From Narcine bancroftii (lineage: Eukaryota): a DNA stretch of 55,810 nt. The stretch covers positions 66,100,191 through 66,156,000 of the forward strand of contig NC_091476.1 of assembly GCF_036971445.1 (NCBI RefSeq), read 5' to 3'. The translations under genes and the position numbers were made by a program. This document shows positions 35,901 to 47,900 of the stretch, piece after piece. Each line of letters begins with the position of its first letter. Position 1 is the first letter of the stretch. The notes under the pieces were generated by a model. The model made no database searches. It was given only the letters and a program-made list of their open reading frames with translations, and was not told the DNA's origin.

Positions 35901-38900
35901 GGGTCGGGGCCGGGGCCTAGGGTCGGGGCCGGGGCCTAGGGTCGGGGCCGGGGCCTAGGGTCGGGGCCGGGGCCTAGGGTCGGGGCCGGGGCCTAGGGTC
36001 GGGGCCGGGGCCTAGGGCCGGGGCCTAGGGTCGGGGCCGGGGCCTAGGGTTGGGATGGTGGTCTCTGTGGACAAGGGCTCAGGGTTGGGACAGGGACTTA
36101 GGGTTGGGACATTATCTGTGGACAGAGACCTTGGATTGGGACATGGGCCTAGGGTGGAGCCTAGGGTCAGGACAGGGGCCTAGGGTCAGGACAGGGGCCT
36201 AGGGTCAGGACAGGGGCCTAGGGTCAGGACAGGGGCCTAGGGTCAGGACAGGGGCCTAGGGTCAGGACAGGGGCCTAGGGTCAGGACAGGGGCCTAGGGT
36301 CAGGACAGGGGCCTAGGGTCAGGACAGGGGCCTAGGGTCAGGACAGGGGCCTAGGGTCAGGACAGGGGCCTAGGGTCAGGACAGGGGCCTAGGGTCAGGA
36401 CAGGGGCCTAGGGTCAGGACAGGGGCCTAGGGTCAGGACAGGGGCCTAGGGTCAGGACAGGGGCCCAGGGTTGGGATGGATTCTGTGGACAGGGGCCCAG
36501 GGTCGAGACAAATGCCCAGGGTTGGGACAGTCTCTGTGGATAGGGGCCTAGGGTCGGGATGGTCTCTGTGGACAGGGGCCCAGGGTCGAGACAGAGGCCT
36601 AGGTTTTGGACATTCTTTGTGGATAGGGCCTAAGAACGGGATAACCTCTGTGGACAGGGGCCTCGGGTTGGGTGGTCTCTGTGGACAAGGGCTCAGGGTG
36701 GAGATAGAGGCTGAGGTTTGGGACATTCTCTGTGGACAGAGGCCTTGGGTTGGGACAGGGGCTTAGGGTTGGGACATTATCTGTGGACAGGGGCCTATGG
36801 TTGGGACGGTATCTGTGGACAGAGGCCTTGGGTCGGGACGTGGGCCTAGGATGGAGCCTGTCTCTGGGTATTAGGCTCCATGTCGGGACAGGAAGGGAAT
36901 ATGGGCCATTCCCATCACACCCTCACTCATGCTGAGCCCCATTGTTGCCCAGGTACAACCAGCTCCAAGCCGAGGAGGTGCGGCTGAAGGAGTTAGAGGC
37001 TGCCCTGAAGACCATGCGAGATAGACTGGAGGAGGAAACCAGGAAAGAACGGAACTTGTACCAGGCCCACCAGCAACTGAAGGAAGATTACAACAGGTAA
37101 CGTCAATGCCCCCATTCCCATCCCCACCCCACTCCCCACTAGCTGAGACCTGCCTGAGTCCTTGTATTCCATATTCCCAACACAGGGAATCACCAGCAAA
37201 AGTAAATAAAAATCGGCAGACTCTGAAATTTCAAAACAAAAGAAACATAAATAACTGCAGATGCTGAAATTCCAAAATAAAAGAAAAGTAAAAACTGCAG
37301 GTGCTGAAATTCTGAAATTAAAAAAAGTAAAACCTGAAGATGCAGATGCTGAAATTCCAAAATAAAAGTAAAATAAAAATTGCAGATGCTGAAATTCCAA
37401 AACAAAAGTTGAAATTGCTGGAAACACTTAGCAGGTGAGAAGAGGAGCAGTTTAATGACATAAGGGGTCCCAGACCTGAATGATTAACTGCTTTCTCTGC
37501 CTGACTGGCTGAACATTTCTCAGCAGGGTCTGCGTTTGTTTCACATACCTACAAGGACAGGATTAATGTCGGGTAGTGGGTATCCTAGAATAGATGGGCC
37601 GAAGGGGCTGTTTCAGTACTCTTTGAATCTTAAAGCACAGAAGGAGGCTCTTTGGCCCAAACTGTGTGCTAGCTCACAGCAGAATGGTCCCACTCCTGCT
37701 GTCCCCATAATTCATTTTGCCTTTAATCATATAATTCTCAACATCCAATTAACTCACTGACCTGGGAGGTGGGAGACGAGCCACAGGAGAGAACATGAAA
37801 ACTCCACACGTGGAGATGGGGATTAAAGCTATGCACCTATCGCCAACAATGGTGTTCTCGGTGACGATCCAGTTCACAGGGCCGATGTTCTCTGTCTCCC
37901 TGGAGATGGGAAAGGCCTCCCATCCCCTTACCCACAGCCACCCCTTCAACTGTAGCTGTCTGACTCAAAGGCCCATTGTGGGGACAGGATCTAGGTAAAA
38001 GGCCCAGAGCGGGGACAGGGCCTGGGACAGGGGCCCAGAGCGGGGGAAGGGCCTGGGACAGGGGCCCAGAGCGGGGGAAGGGCCTGGGACAGGGGCCCAG
38101 AGCGGGGGAAGGGCCTGGGACAGGGGCCCAGAGCGGGGGAAGGGCCTGGGACATGGGCCTAGAGTGGGGACGGGGTCTAGAGTGGGGACAGGGCCTGGGA
38201 CAGGGGCCCAATGAGGTCGGGAGACGTGGTGGGGTGACAGGGTGTGAGCCCAGTGTTTGGAGGAAATGCACCCCCTTGCCCCACATTCCCCTTCACTCCT
38301 CGTCACTCGCTCCTTGCTCTGCCCTCTCACCTCATGCTAATCCCTTGCCCTGTCCCTCGTTGGACGCCCTCTCACACCTCACTCTGCCCCGTCACCTTTT
38401 CTGCTCACCCCTTGTCCTGCCATTTTACTTCATGCCCCTCATCCCTTGCCCCCCCCCTTTCCTTGCTCCACATCCTCTTTCCCCCTCACCCCATCCCCCC
38501 CCCCCATGTCTCTCGGCGGTGTTACCCAATGGCCAGCGTGCCTCTCTCTCTCCCCAGGCTGAGCCAGATCCACGGGGAGGGGCAGCGGCAGTGGGAGGAG
38601 CTGCAGGGGGAACAGCAGGCACTGAAGGGGCAGCTCCAGGCCTTGCAGCAGGAGAAGGCACGCACAGAGGTCGAGCACGGCGTCCTGAAGGAGCAGTACC
38701 AGCAGCTAGATGTGCGCTGGACCACGCTGAGCAGCCACTGCGAGGTACGCACGCACCCCTCTGCAGTCACAACGGAAACGGGCACAGATGCACAAACACA
38801 TAGATACACACACAGACACAGCATGCACTCACAGAAATACACATACACTCACACATACAAGCATGAATACAGATGCACGCATACACATACGTGCACACAC

Positions 38901-41900
38901 AGGTACATGCACATGCGTGCGCACACACAGAGACACAAACACATGCCCACATACATGTGCGCACAAAGAGACACAGACACACACGCACATACATAATACA
39001 CACACACACATAAAATACACTCGGACAATGACAGATGCTGAAAGAGTTGCAAATACAAGTGGATGCATACGGAGTGTCAAATACACAGGTTGACACAAAG
39101 ACACACACAGGTAAACACAGTCAGACACACACTCACAGTCAGACATGCTCACTCACAGCTACACATTCACAAGCACAAACACTATAACAGTCGGACACTC
39201 ATTCACAATCAAACAACCCATTTACAGTCGGACAGACACACCCTCACAGTCAGACNNNNNNNNNNNNNNNNNNNNNNNNNNNNNNNNNNNNNNNNNNNNN
39301 NNNNNNNNNNNNNNNNNNNNNNNNNNNNNNNNNNNNNNNNNNNNNNNNNNNNNNNNNNNNNNNNNNNNNNNNNNNNNNNNNNNNNNNNAGGTGCACGCAC
39401 ACCATGGTACAGACACACATACCACAAAGGGTGTGGGATGGTCAGCAGGAACAAGGGAGGTCTGCGGGGGCTGTGGGACGGTCAGGGCAGCCCCGAGGTC
39501 GGTGGGGGTAGGTAATGACTGGTATGATTCACCATTCACCCCGCCCCCCATAGCTCCTGGGACAGCTGAAAGGGAACCTGGAGGAAGAGAACCGGCACCT
39601 GATGCAGCAGCTCCAGGCCCTGACCCATGACAACAGGGCCCTGCTGGAGAAGAGCGCCGAGAGCAGGGACCTGTATCACGAGGAGCAGCGACAGTACACG
39701 TGAGTTCCCCACCCCCCGTCTCCCTCGCTCTGACCCCACCTGCTACCTGGTCCCACCCTCCCCCGGACCCCCTTTCCATCACCCCCACCCTTCCACCCTT
39801 GGGCCCTTCCCTTTTACCCCACCCCTCAAACCCCCTCCCTCATCCCAACTTCCTCCTGGTCCCATCACCCTCCCCAGACCCCTCCATTGCCTCCCCCAGA
39901 CCCCGTTCCCTCTCTCTCATCCCCAACGCCCCCAACCCCCTCACTCACCCCCCTGCCCCAGTTCCTGCCCCAGTTCCCGCTCCCTCACCCAATCCCTCCC
40001 CCCCCATCAGAGGGGGATAAACCCCATCCTCTCCAACCCTCCTCATGGGGGGTAAACCCCGAACCCCTCCCACCCCTCCCTGCATGATCACTCCCCCATC
40101 CTTGGTTGTGTAAACCCCCCCCTCGACTCCCTCCCCTCCTCTGACAATATCCCACCTGAACCCCTCCCCCAGAACTCTTCAACTGACCTCCCTCTCCTCC
40201 GACACTCCCACATGCCCCTCCCTCACCTCACCTCCCCCCCCCCCCCGAGTGACCACTCCCTCCCTCCATGAGACCCTGGGATCGCCGCTTCTCCCGACTC
40301 CGAGCCAGTCCCGACGACATCTGTGCTTGGGTATTCCCCACCCCTTGGGTTTCCGCCCTGCACCTCACTGCTGTCTCTGCTGCCCCAGGGACAAGCTTAA
40401 CAAACTGCGGAGAGAGAAACAGAAACTGCTGGAAAAGATCATGGACCAGTATCGAGTGGTGGAGCCTGTGGCTCCCNNNNNNNNNNNNNNNNNNNNNNNN
40501 NNNNNNNNNNNNNNNNNNNNNNNNNNNNNNNNNNNNNNNNNNNNNNNNNNNNNNNNNNNNNNNNNNNNNNNNNNNNNNNNNNNNNNNNNNNNNNNNNNNN
40601 NNNNNGTCTGTCTGTGAGTGTGTGTGTATCCATGTGTGTGTGTGATAGAGTGTCTGTCTATGAGTGTGTGTATACACGTGTGCTTTTGTATGTGAGTGTG
40701 TCTGTGTATGTGTGCGTGTGTGTCTGTCTGTGAGAGTGTGTATACACATGTGCTTTTGTATTGAGTGTGTATGCGTGTGTGTATGTGAGAGACTGTGAGT
40801 GTGTGTGTATCCATGTGTGTGTGTGTGTGCGTGCATGGACTCTGAGATGCCGAGGGTCTTCCCTGGAGAGGTGATATCCGATGCTGCGCGCAGAGGTGTC
40901 CTGCACTGAGAACGTCATGGAAACAGAGCTCTCAATCTCAACCCACCCCCCACCCCCGCTGCATACTCACAATTCTGCCGTTTCGTGGACAGGGTGCCCC
41001 CCCCCCCCCCCGCCCCACACTGGGAAGGAGGAGGGCGAAGAGTTTATTACCAGCGCCATTGTGCACTGAAATTCTCACTTGCTACTTGTTTTTAAAAAGA
41101 ACCCGAGAATATTATACCAAATTAAATGTAAATCCTGCAGAGGGCCTCCTGGGTCCCTTTGCATCTGGCTATTTTCAATTTTCTCCCCACGTAGAAAACA
41201 GTCAGCCCCCTGATATTTTCTTTCCTGACCAAAGTGCAAGACTATTCAAAGTTGCATTTCATTTGCCACTTCTCTGCCCAGCCCCCCTGTTTCCCCCATG
41301 CCACCCACTCCTGCACTGACCGTCCTGACACCCGCAAACCCGGCCGCAAAGCCACTCGTTCCGCGATTGTTGGTCGGCCTCGTGTGGGTCCCACAGGTTA
41401 AGAACCGGTCCGGACCAGACCAGACAAAGTGCACAGGGCCACAGGGCTGAGATGCTAAATAAACCCACGCACACAATACACAAGCGGTAAACACGCACTT
41501 TGGAGAACGAGGGAGAAACCGACAGAAACTGGGGAAATTCCTTAAATGCATACATTCAACAATCAGGATCAAGGTGATACGTGCCCCGCCCTTTGGAGAT
41601 GGATCTTGCTCCCCGTCCTCGGGACTCACCCCAGCCTAGTGCGAAAGGCACTACTTACATGCCACGAGAGGTCAAAAGAGGCAGAGCAAAGGGGGAGCAT
41701 GGTCCTTTATAGTTCTGCAGGCTCAGGATTGGGGGTGGGGGGGGGGCAGTCCCTCAGGGCAGGCCAGGCCCTGTTGGCTGCTGGGGCCAATGGCTCGAAG
41801 CCAAGCTCAGGGGGGTCAGCCTGGGCCAATGGACTGCAGCCCCCTGGCGACTTGGGGGGGGGGGGTGCTGATCGCAAAGGTCACCTTGACCACTTGACCA

Positions 41901-44900
41901 CGACTGGCATGTGGTGTGGCCCCTGGCTGGGAGTGCCGCCCTGTGGCACCCCACGACCTCAATCCTGTACAATTAAAAAAAGCGACCCCCCCTCCCTCCC
42001 CAATGCCGACCCCCTGTTACAGCCATGGTCCTGGTAGCGGTTGGCACAATGACCTTTCGGCACCAGCAATCAGTGGGAGGTGTAGGTTAATAGGGCGTAA
42101 ATTGTGCGGCATGGGCCAGAGGGGCCTGTCACCGTGCTGAATCTTTAAAAACAAAACCTCTCTGCAGGACATCAGGGGGGAGGGTGAGAGAAGGGGTGGT
42201 GGAGGGTGAAATGACAGGTTAATTCCGTGTCCGGATGACGGGATGCAGGCTCCCCTCACGCTCTCCCAGCAGGAAGGGGAACTGGATCGCCGACAAGATG
42301 AAGAAGCTGATCAAACCACGGAAGGAGATGGGCAAGGACCAGCTGAGGCCGCACTTCATCAACCCCACCAGCAGCCTCGAAATTCCCGAGGGGATTGTCC
42401 ACCTCTCCCAGCTGGAGAACGGCCCCGAGATGGACCAGCCCAGTGGTGAGTGGGGGGGTGGGGAGGAGACCAGGGCGGTCGGATGCGGAGCCCGGAGAAT
42501 GGGGTGGGGGCGTTGGCTGGGCGCTGATACTGAAGGTGGTAGGTGAACGGGAATTGGGGAGGCGCGCCTTGTCACACTCACCAGCTGGCACCCTTCCTCC
42601 AGTCCTGCAGGCCACCCCGGGTGAACCGATTCAAAATGATTCCCCCAGCGCGATTTGACCCCTGTGTGCCGGTTCATGCTGGCACGTTAACCGGTAGATT
42701 GGTGGTTAGGATCAGGGGAAGCCGAACCTGTTGGGGCCCAAGCACCTTTCTCCATCCCTGGATCCTCGGCCTCCTCAATCAGGCCGGATCGGAAACCCAA
42801 CACCGTCCCAGGGCTGCTAACCCTGCTGGCCCGTGACCACGCGGCAGGACGCAGTTCTAACTGCCTCGCCAACGCCACAGCTGCGGTGGGGCTCGCCAGC
42901 TCACAGAGAGGGGGCAAACGATCTGAACAGGAGGCCAGGGTGGGGGAAGGACGGAGACCTGCTCTCTGCTGACCTCTGCCGAGGTTGTCCGGGGCACCAA
43001 GGTCCTTGGCGTACACCCTCCTGTGCCAGGAGTGCTCTGCAGTTAGCAAGGTGGTTTAAGCAAGTCGAACCACAGGTCCACAAGATTCTGAGAGGCAGAG
43101 ACAGGGTGGACAGCCAGTGCCTGCTTCCCTGGGGCAAGATCAGCAAACACAGGAGGATGTCTGTACAAAGTGCAGGGGAGACGTAGGGGGGGAGTTATGG
43201 GGGCCTGGAACACCTTGCCAGGGGGTGCTGGCAGATGCTGTTACAATAGGGGCATTTAAGAGATGGGCAGATGGATGGTTATGAGATTGGGAGGGCTTAG
43301 CATTTTGTGGGGGTAGGAATATATGGGTCAGCACCACATTGTGGGCCCAATGGCCTGTACTGTGCTGTAAGAGTTCTGCCATAATTACTGCATTAATCCT
43401 CAATTCGGACTCTGCACACCGAGCATAAATAGGCTGCAATTCGCCTATTGTCATGACAGATGGAATATTGCTGGCTCCCCACTCAGCCCTGGGTCACCTC
43501 GAAAACAGCAACTCACACATATAGCTGCTCTTCGTCGACTACAGCTCGGCGTTCAGCACCATTATTCCCTCCATGCTGGTCAAGAAGCTACAAACTCTGG
43601 GCCTCTGTACCCCCCTCTGCAACTAGATCTTTGACTTACTCATCGGAGACCAAGTCAGTATGAACTGGAAACGTCTCCTCCTCACTGATCACCAACACAG
43701 GTGCACCCCAAGGGTATGTGCTCAGCCCACTGCTCGACCTGTGACTGTGTTGCCAGGCACAATTCCAACACCATCTACAAGTTTGCCGATGACAGTTGTC
43801 AGAATCACAGACGGCAACAAAAAAGCGTACAGGAGGGGGATCGATCAGCTCGTTGAACGGTGTCACGACAATGACCTTGCGCTCAACGTCAGCAAAACCA
43901 AGGAGGTGATTGTCGACTACAGGAGGAAGTCAGGGGAGCACGACCCAGTCTTCATCAAGGGCTCAGTAGTGGAGAGGGTCAAGAACCTCAAATCCTGGGG
44001 GTCAACATCTCCGGGGATCTGTCCTGGAGTTTCCATATCGATCCAATCACAAAGAAGCTACATCAGCAGCAAGACTTTGCAAAGTGTCTGAGGAGATTCG
44101 GGACGTCACTGAAGACTCTCGTAAACCTCAAGGGTGGTACCGTGGAGAGCATTCTGACTGGTTGCATCACTGCCTGGTACGGAGGCGCCAACCCTCAGGA
44201 CAAGAATAAACTCCAGAGAGTCATTAACTCAGTCTGCAACATCACGGGCACCAGACTCTACTCCGTCAAGGATATCGAAATGAGACGGGGTCTTAAAAAA
44301 GCAGCCTCTATCCTCAGACCCCCACCCCCCAGGCCAGGCCCTCTTCACTCTGCTACTCTCGGGGAAAAGGTCCAGGAGCCTAAAGACGAGCCCAAGGGCA
44401 GCTTCTTCCCCACTGCCATCAAGATTCCCGAATGATCAATGAAACACAGACACTGCCTGACATTTCGTGCACTATTATTTTTACAGTAACGTTGTAAGAT
44501 GGGTTATAATATGAACGTTTGCACTGTGACGCTGCCTCAAAACACCAAATCTGACAATAGATCCTGATTTTAAGTGACGACGACGCTTTGAACCACGCAG
44601 TTCCGTCTGCCTGCAGAACATGCAAGCGCTGTTGTTTTTTGTTGCTGCTGGCATCAGATTTTCTGGTGCTTTGGCTCCAATATTGTGGGAATTAGTATTT
44701 GTGAGCCTCAGTTGATAACTTTTTCTGAGAATGAAGTCATACGATGTAATTTAAAGGCCTAATTTTAATTTTGCCGGTTGTTTATCTCGCGACGTTCAGT
44801 GATCTATGGGAATCACATTAGTACAAAAAACATCACTAAGGATTCTGTGTGGTATGGGAGGAGGTCCATGGGGGTGTGGGAGGGAGGGGTGTGGGGTGAC

Positions 44901-47900
44901 ACCATGAATTACCGCACTGGGCAACACCAGGAGTTACCAACCCAACTGACATCACTGAATCAAGACGTTTCCCCACCCTGCTGCCCCCCCACCCTTCTCT
45001 CACTGAACAGGGTGCCCAACGACTAGCTGCTTGGGGCTGAAATGCAGCCAGAACTAGAGGATAAACCCCTTTCCAGTACGCTAGCAGGGACTGCCATCTT
45101 GCCCACTCCATAGATCGCGTTGAACGCAGCCTCTTCCCAGCCGCCCAATCTTAAAAGTCTGTTTCACGGTACACCTGGGCGCAATTCTCTATCCCCCCCC
45201 CCAGCTCTCCAGCGAAAAAGGGATGGGGGGGGTTCCTTCATTAGGAGGCCTCCACTGGGAGTCCCCAGCTCCGTGACAAACACGGACTCGTCAGTGGGAC
45301 GAGTATTGGGAGGGGTAAAAGGGTGTTGGGGGGGTCAGGTCATACGGGTCAGCAGGGCCTTTGCTGAACTTGCTTCTGGCATTCCCCTCCCCTCACCCCC
45401 CCCCCCCAAGGTTCCTCGGATGCTCCAGGCCCGCCGCGGAAGAGCTCGGAGGGGACAGAGCAGCAGGGGAAGGTGGCAGAGAGGGTACGGAGGAAGCTGA
45501 GCTCCAGAGTTTACGGGACAGACACCCCCCGGCACCGGTTCCGGCAACGAAGGGTAGGCTGGGAGGAGGCAGCAGACACCAGGAACACCGGCAGCAGGGA
45601 CAGTGACCCGACACTGGACGGGAAAGGTAATAGTCCCCCTTCCCCTCACCTGTACAATTCCACATTCTGTACACAGTCCCGTGTCCCGTACACAGTCCCG
45701 TGTCCCGTACACAGTCCCGTGTCCCGTACACAGTCCCGTGTCCCGTACACAGTCCCGTGTCCCGTACACAGTCCCGTGTCCCGTACACAGTCCCGTGTCC
45801 CGTACACAGTCCCGTGTCCCGTACACAGTCCCGTGTCCCGTACACAGTCCCGTGTCCCGTACACAGTCCCGTGTCCCGTACACAGTCCCGTGTCCCGTAC
45901 ACAGTCCCGTGTCCCGTACACAGTCCCGTGTCCCGTACACAGTCCCGTGTCCCGTACACAGTCCCGTGTCCCGTACACAGTCCCGTGTCCCGTACACAGT
46001 CCCGTGTCCCGTACACAGTCCCGTGTCCCGTACACAGTCCCGTGTCCCGTACACAGTCCCGTGTCCCGTACACAGTCCCGTGTCCCGTACACAGTCCCGT
46101 GTCCCGTACACAGTCCCGTGTCCCGTACACAGTCCCGTGTCCCGTACACAGTCCCGTGTCCCGTACACAGTCCCGTGTCCCGTACACAGTCCCGTGTCCC
46201 GTACACAGTCCCGTGTCCCGTACACAGTCCCGTGTCCCGTACACAGTCCCGTGTCCCGTACACAGTCCCGTGTCCCGTACACAGTCCCGTGTCCCGTACA
46301 CAGTCCCGTGTCCCGTACACAGTCCCGTGTCCCGTACACAGTCCCGTGTCCCGTACACAGTCCCGTGTCCCGTACACAGTCCCGTGTCCCGTACACAGTC
46401 CCGTGTCCCGTACACAGTCCCGTGTCCCGTACACAGTCCCGTGTCCCGTACACAGTCCCGTGTCCCGTACACAGTCCCGTGTCCCGTACACAGTCCCGTG
46501 TCCCGTACACAGTCCCGTGTCCCGTACACAGTCCCGTGTCCCGTACACAGTCCCGTGTCCCGTACACAGTCCCGTGTCCCGTACACAGTCCCGCTTACCA
46601 TATGGTCCTCCTTCCCGTACATATCCCGTGCCCCGAACACAGTCCTGCATCCCATACACTGTCCTGTGTTCTGTACACAGCCTGCTATCCTGTACACTGT
46701 CCTGTGTTCTGTACACAGCCTGCTATCCTGTACACAGTCCGCCTTCCCATACGGTCCTGGTTTCTGAACACAGTCCTGCATCCCATACATAGTTCCCCTC
46801 CCCACAGCATCCTATCCATTGGAGTCCTTCATCCCACTCACCATCCCACTCACTGACCTATCCTGTACACAGCACCCTATCCTATACAGTCCTGCATCCC
46901 ATACATTGTCCCAAACACAGCTCCCTCTCCACACTCCCCTCCCTCACTACATTCACTGCCCTTCCTTTTCATGGCCCCCCCCCCTCAGAATTTCTCCCCA
47001 TCTCTTTCTCTCCCCTTTCCCCCTTGTCCCTCTCTCTTCTGTTTTCCACCCCTTTCTCTTTCTCTCACCCAGTCTCCCCTTCCCTTCGTCCCCCTCTCCC
47101 CATCCCTCTCTTACCCAATCCTTCCATCTCTCCCTCCCTCCCTCTCCCATTTCCCCCTCCCCTCTCCCTTTCATTCTCCCTTACCCAGACCCTCCCTCTC
47201 CCCTCATCCCTTTCTCTCCCAGACTCTCTGACCCTCTCCCTCCCTCTAATCTCCCTCTCCCCTCTTCCCTCTCTTACCGTTTCCTCTCCCTCTCCCCCTC
47301 GTTCACCCAGTCTCTCCCCATCCAACTCGCACGTGCGTACACATACATGCACACGTGTGCACACATGCCTCCAAAATGCATGCACATATGCGCACACATA
47401 CACACCCTACACATGTACATACCCATGTGTGCGCGGACTCACAAACACACATACACACTCACATGTGCACAAACACACATGTATACGCACACTCCACCAC
47501 AAGTGCACACATATGTACATACACACATGCATACACACCCCCATGCTTGCGCGCACGCACGCACACACAAGCACGCACACCCTGCTGGAGGTCAGTATTG
47601 AACCCAGGACTCAGAGGCACAGAGACGTTGCTGCACCCACTGATTTTCCTGCCTCAACTGTAAAGTTTCCCTGAAGGTTTACATGTCCGGGGATGACTGG
47701 TAATAATAAACCTGGCTGTGGTGTGGTGTGGTGGGGTGGGGGGTAGGGTGGTGGGATGTGGGGGAGAGGGGATGGAGGAGGGGAGAGAACCCATTGCAGA
47801 ACAGGCAGCTTACGTGGAGGGATTCAGACGGATCCAGGTTGACGACACTCACCGCGACAGGAAACGGGAGCTCTGCAAAGTGCACAGCTCAGAGGTGAAG

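Noticed and set aside
35640-36465. Interstitial telomeric repeat
   Set aside because: It contains CTAGGG within 19-bp units, not tandem TTAGGG.
41531-41541. Isolated NF-kB-like site GGGGAAATTCC
   Set aside because: It is a single short motif with no supporting cluster and is compatible with chance in 55 kb.
45335-46856. Six long overlapping ORFs (355-470 aa)
   Set aside because: They arise from a stop-free 19-bp tandem repeat. Only 45411-45626 has splice sites and family similarity.
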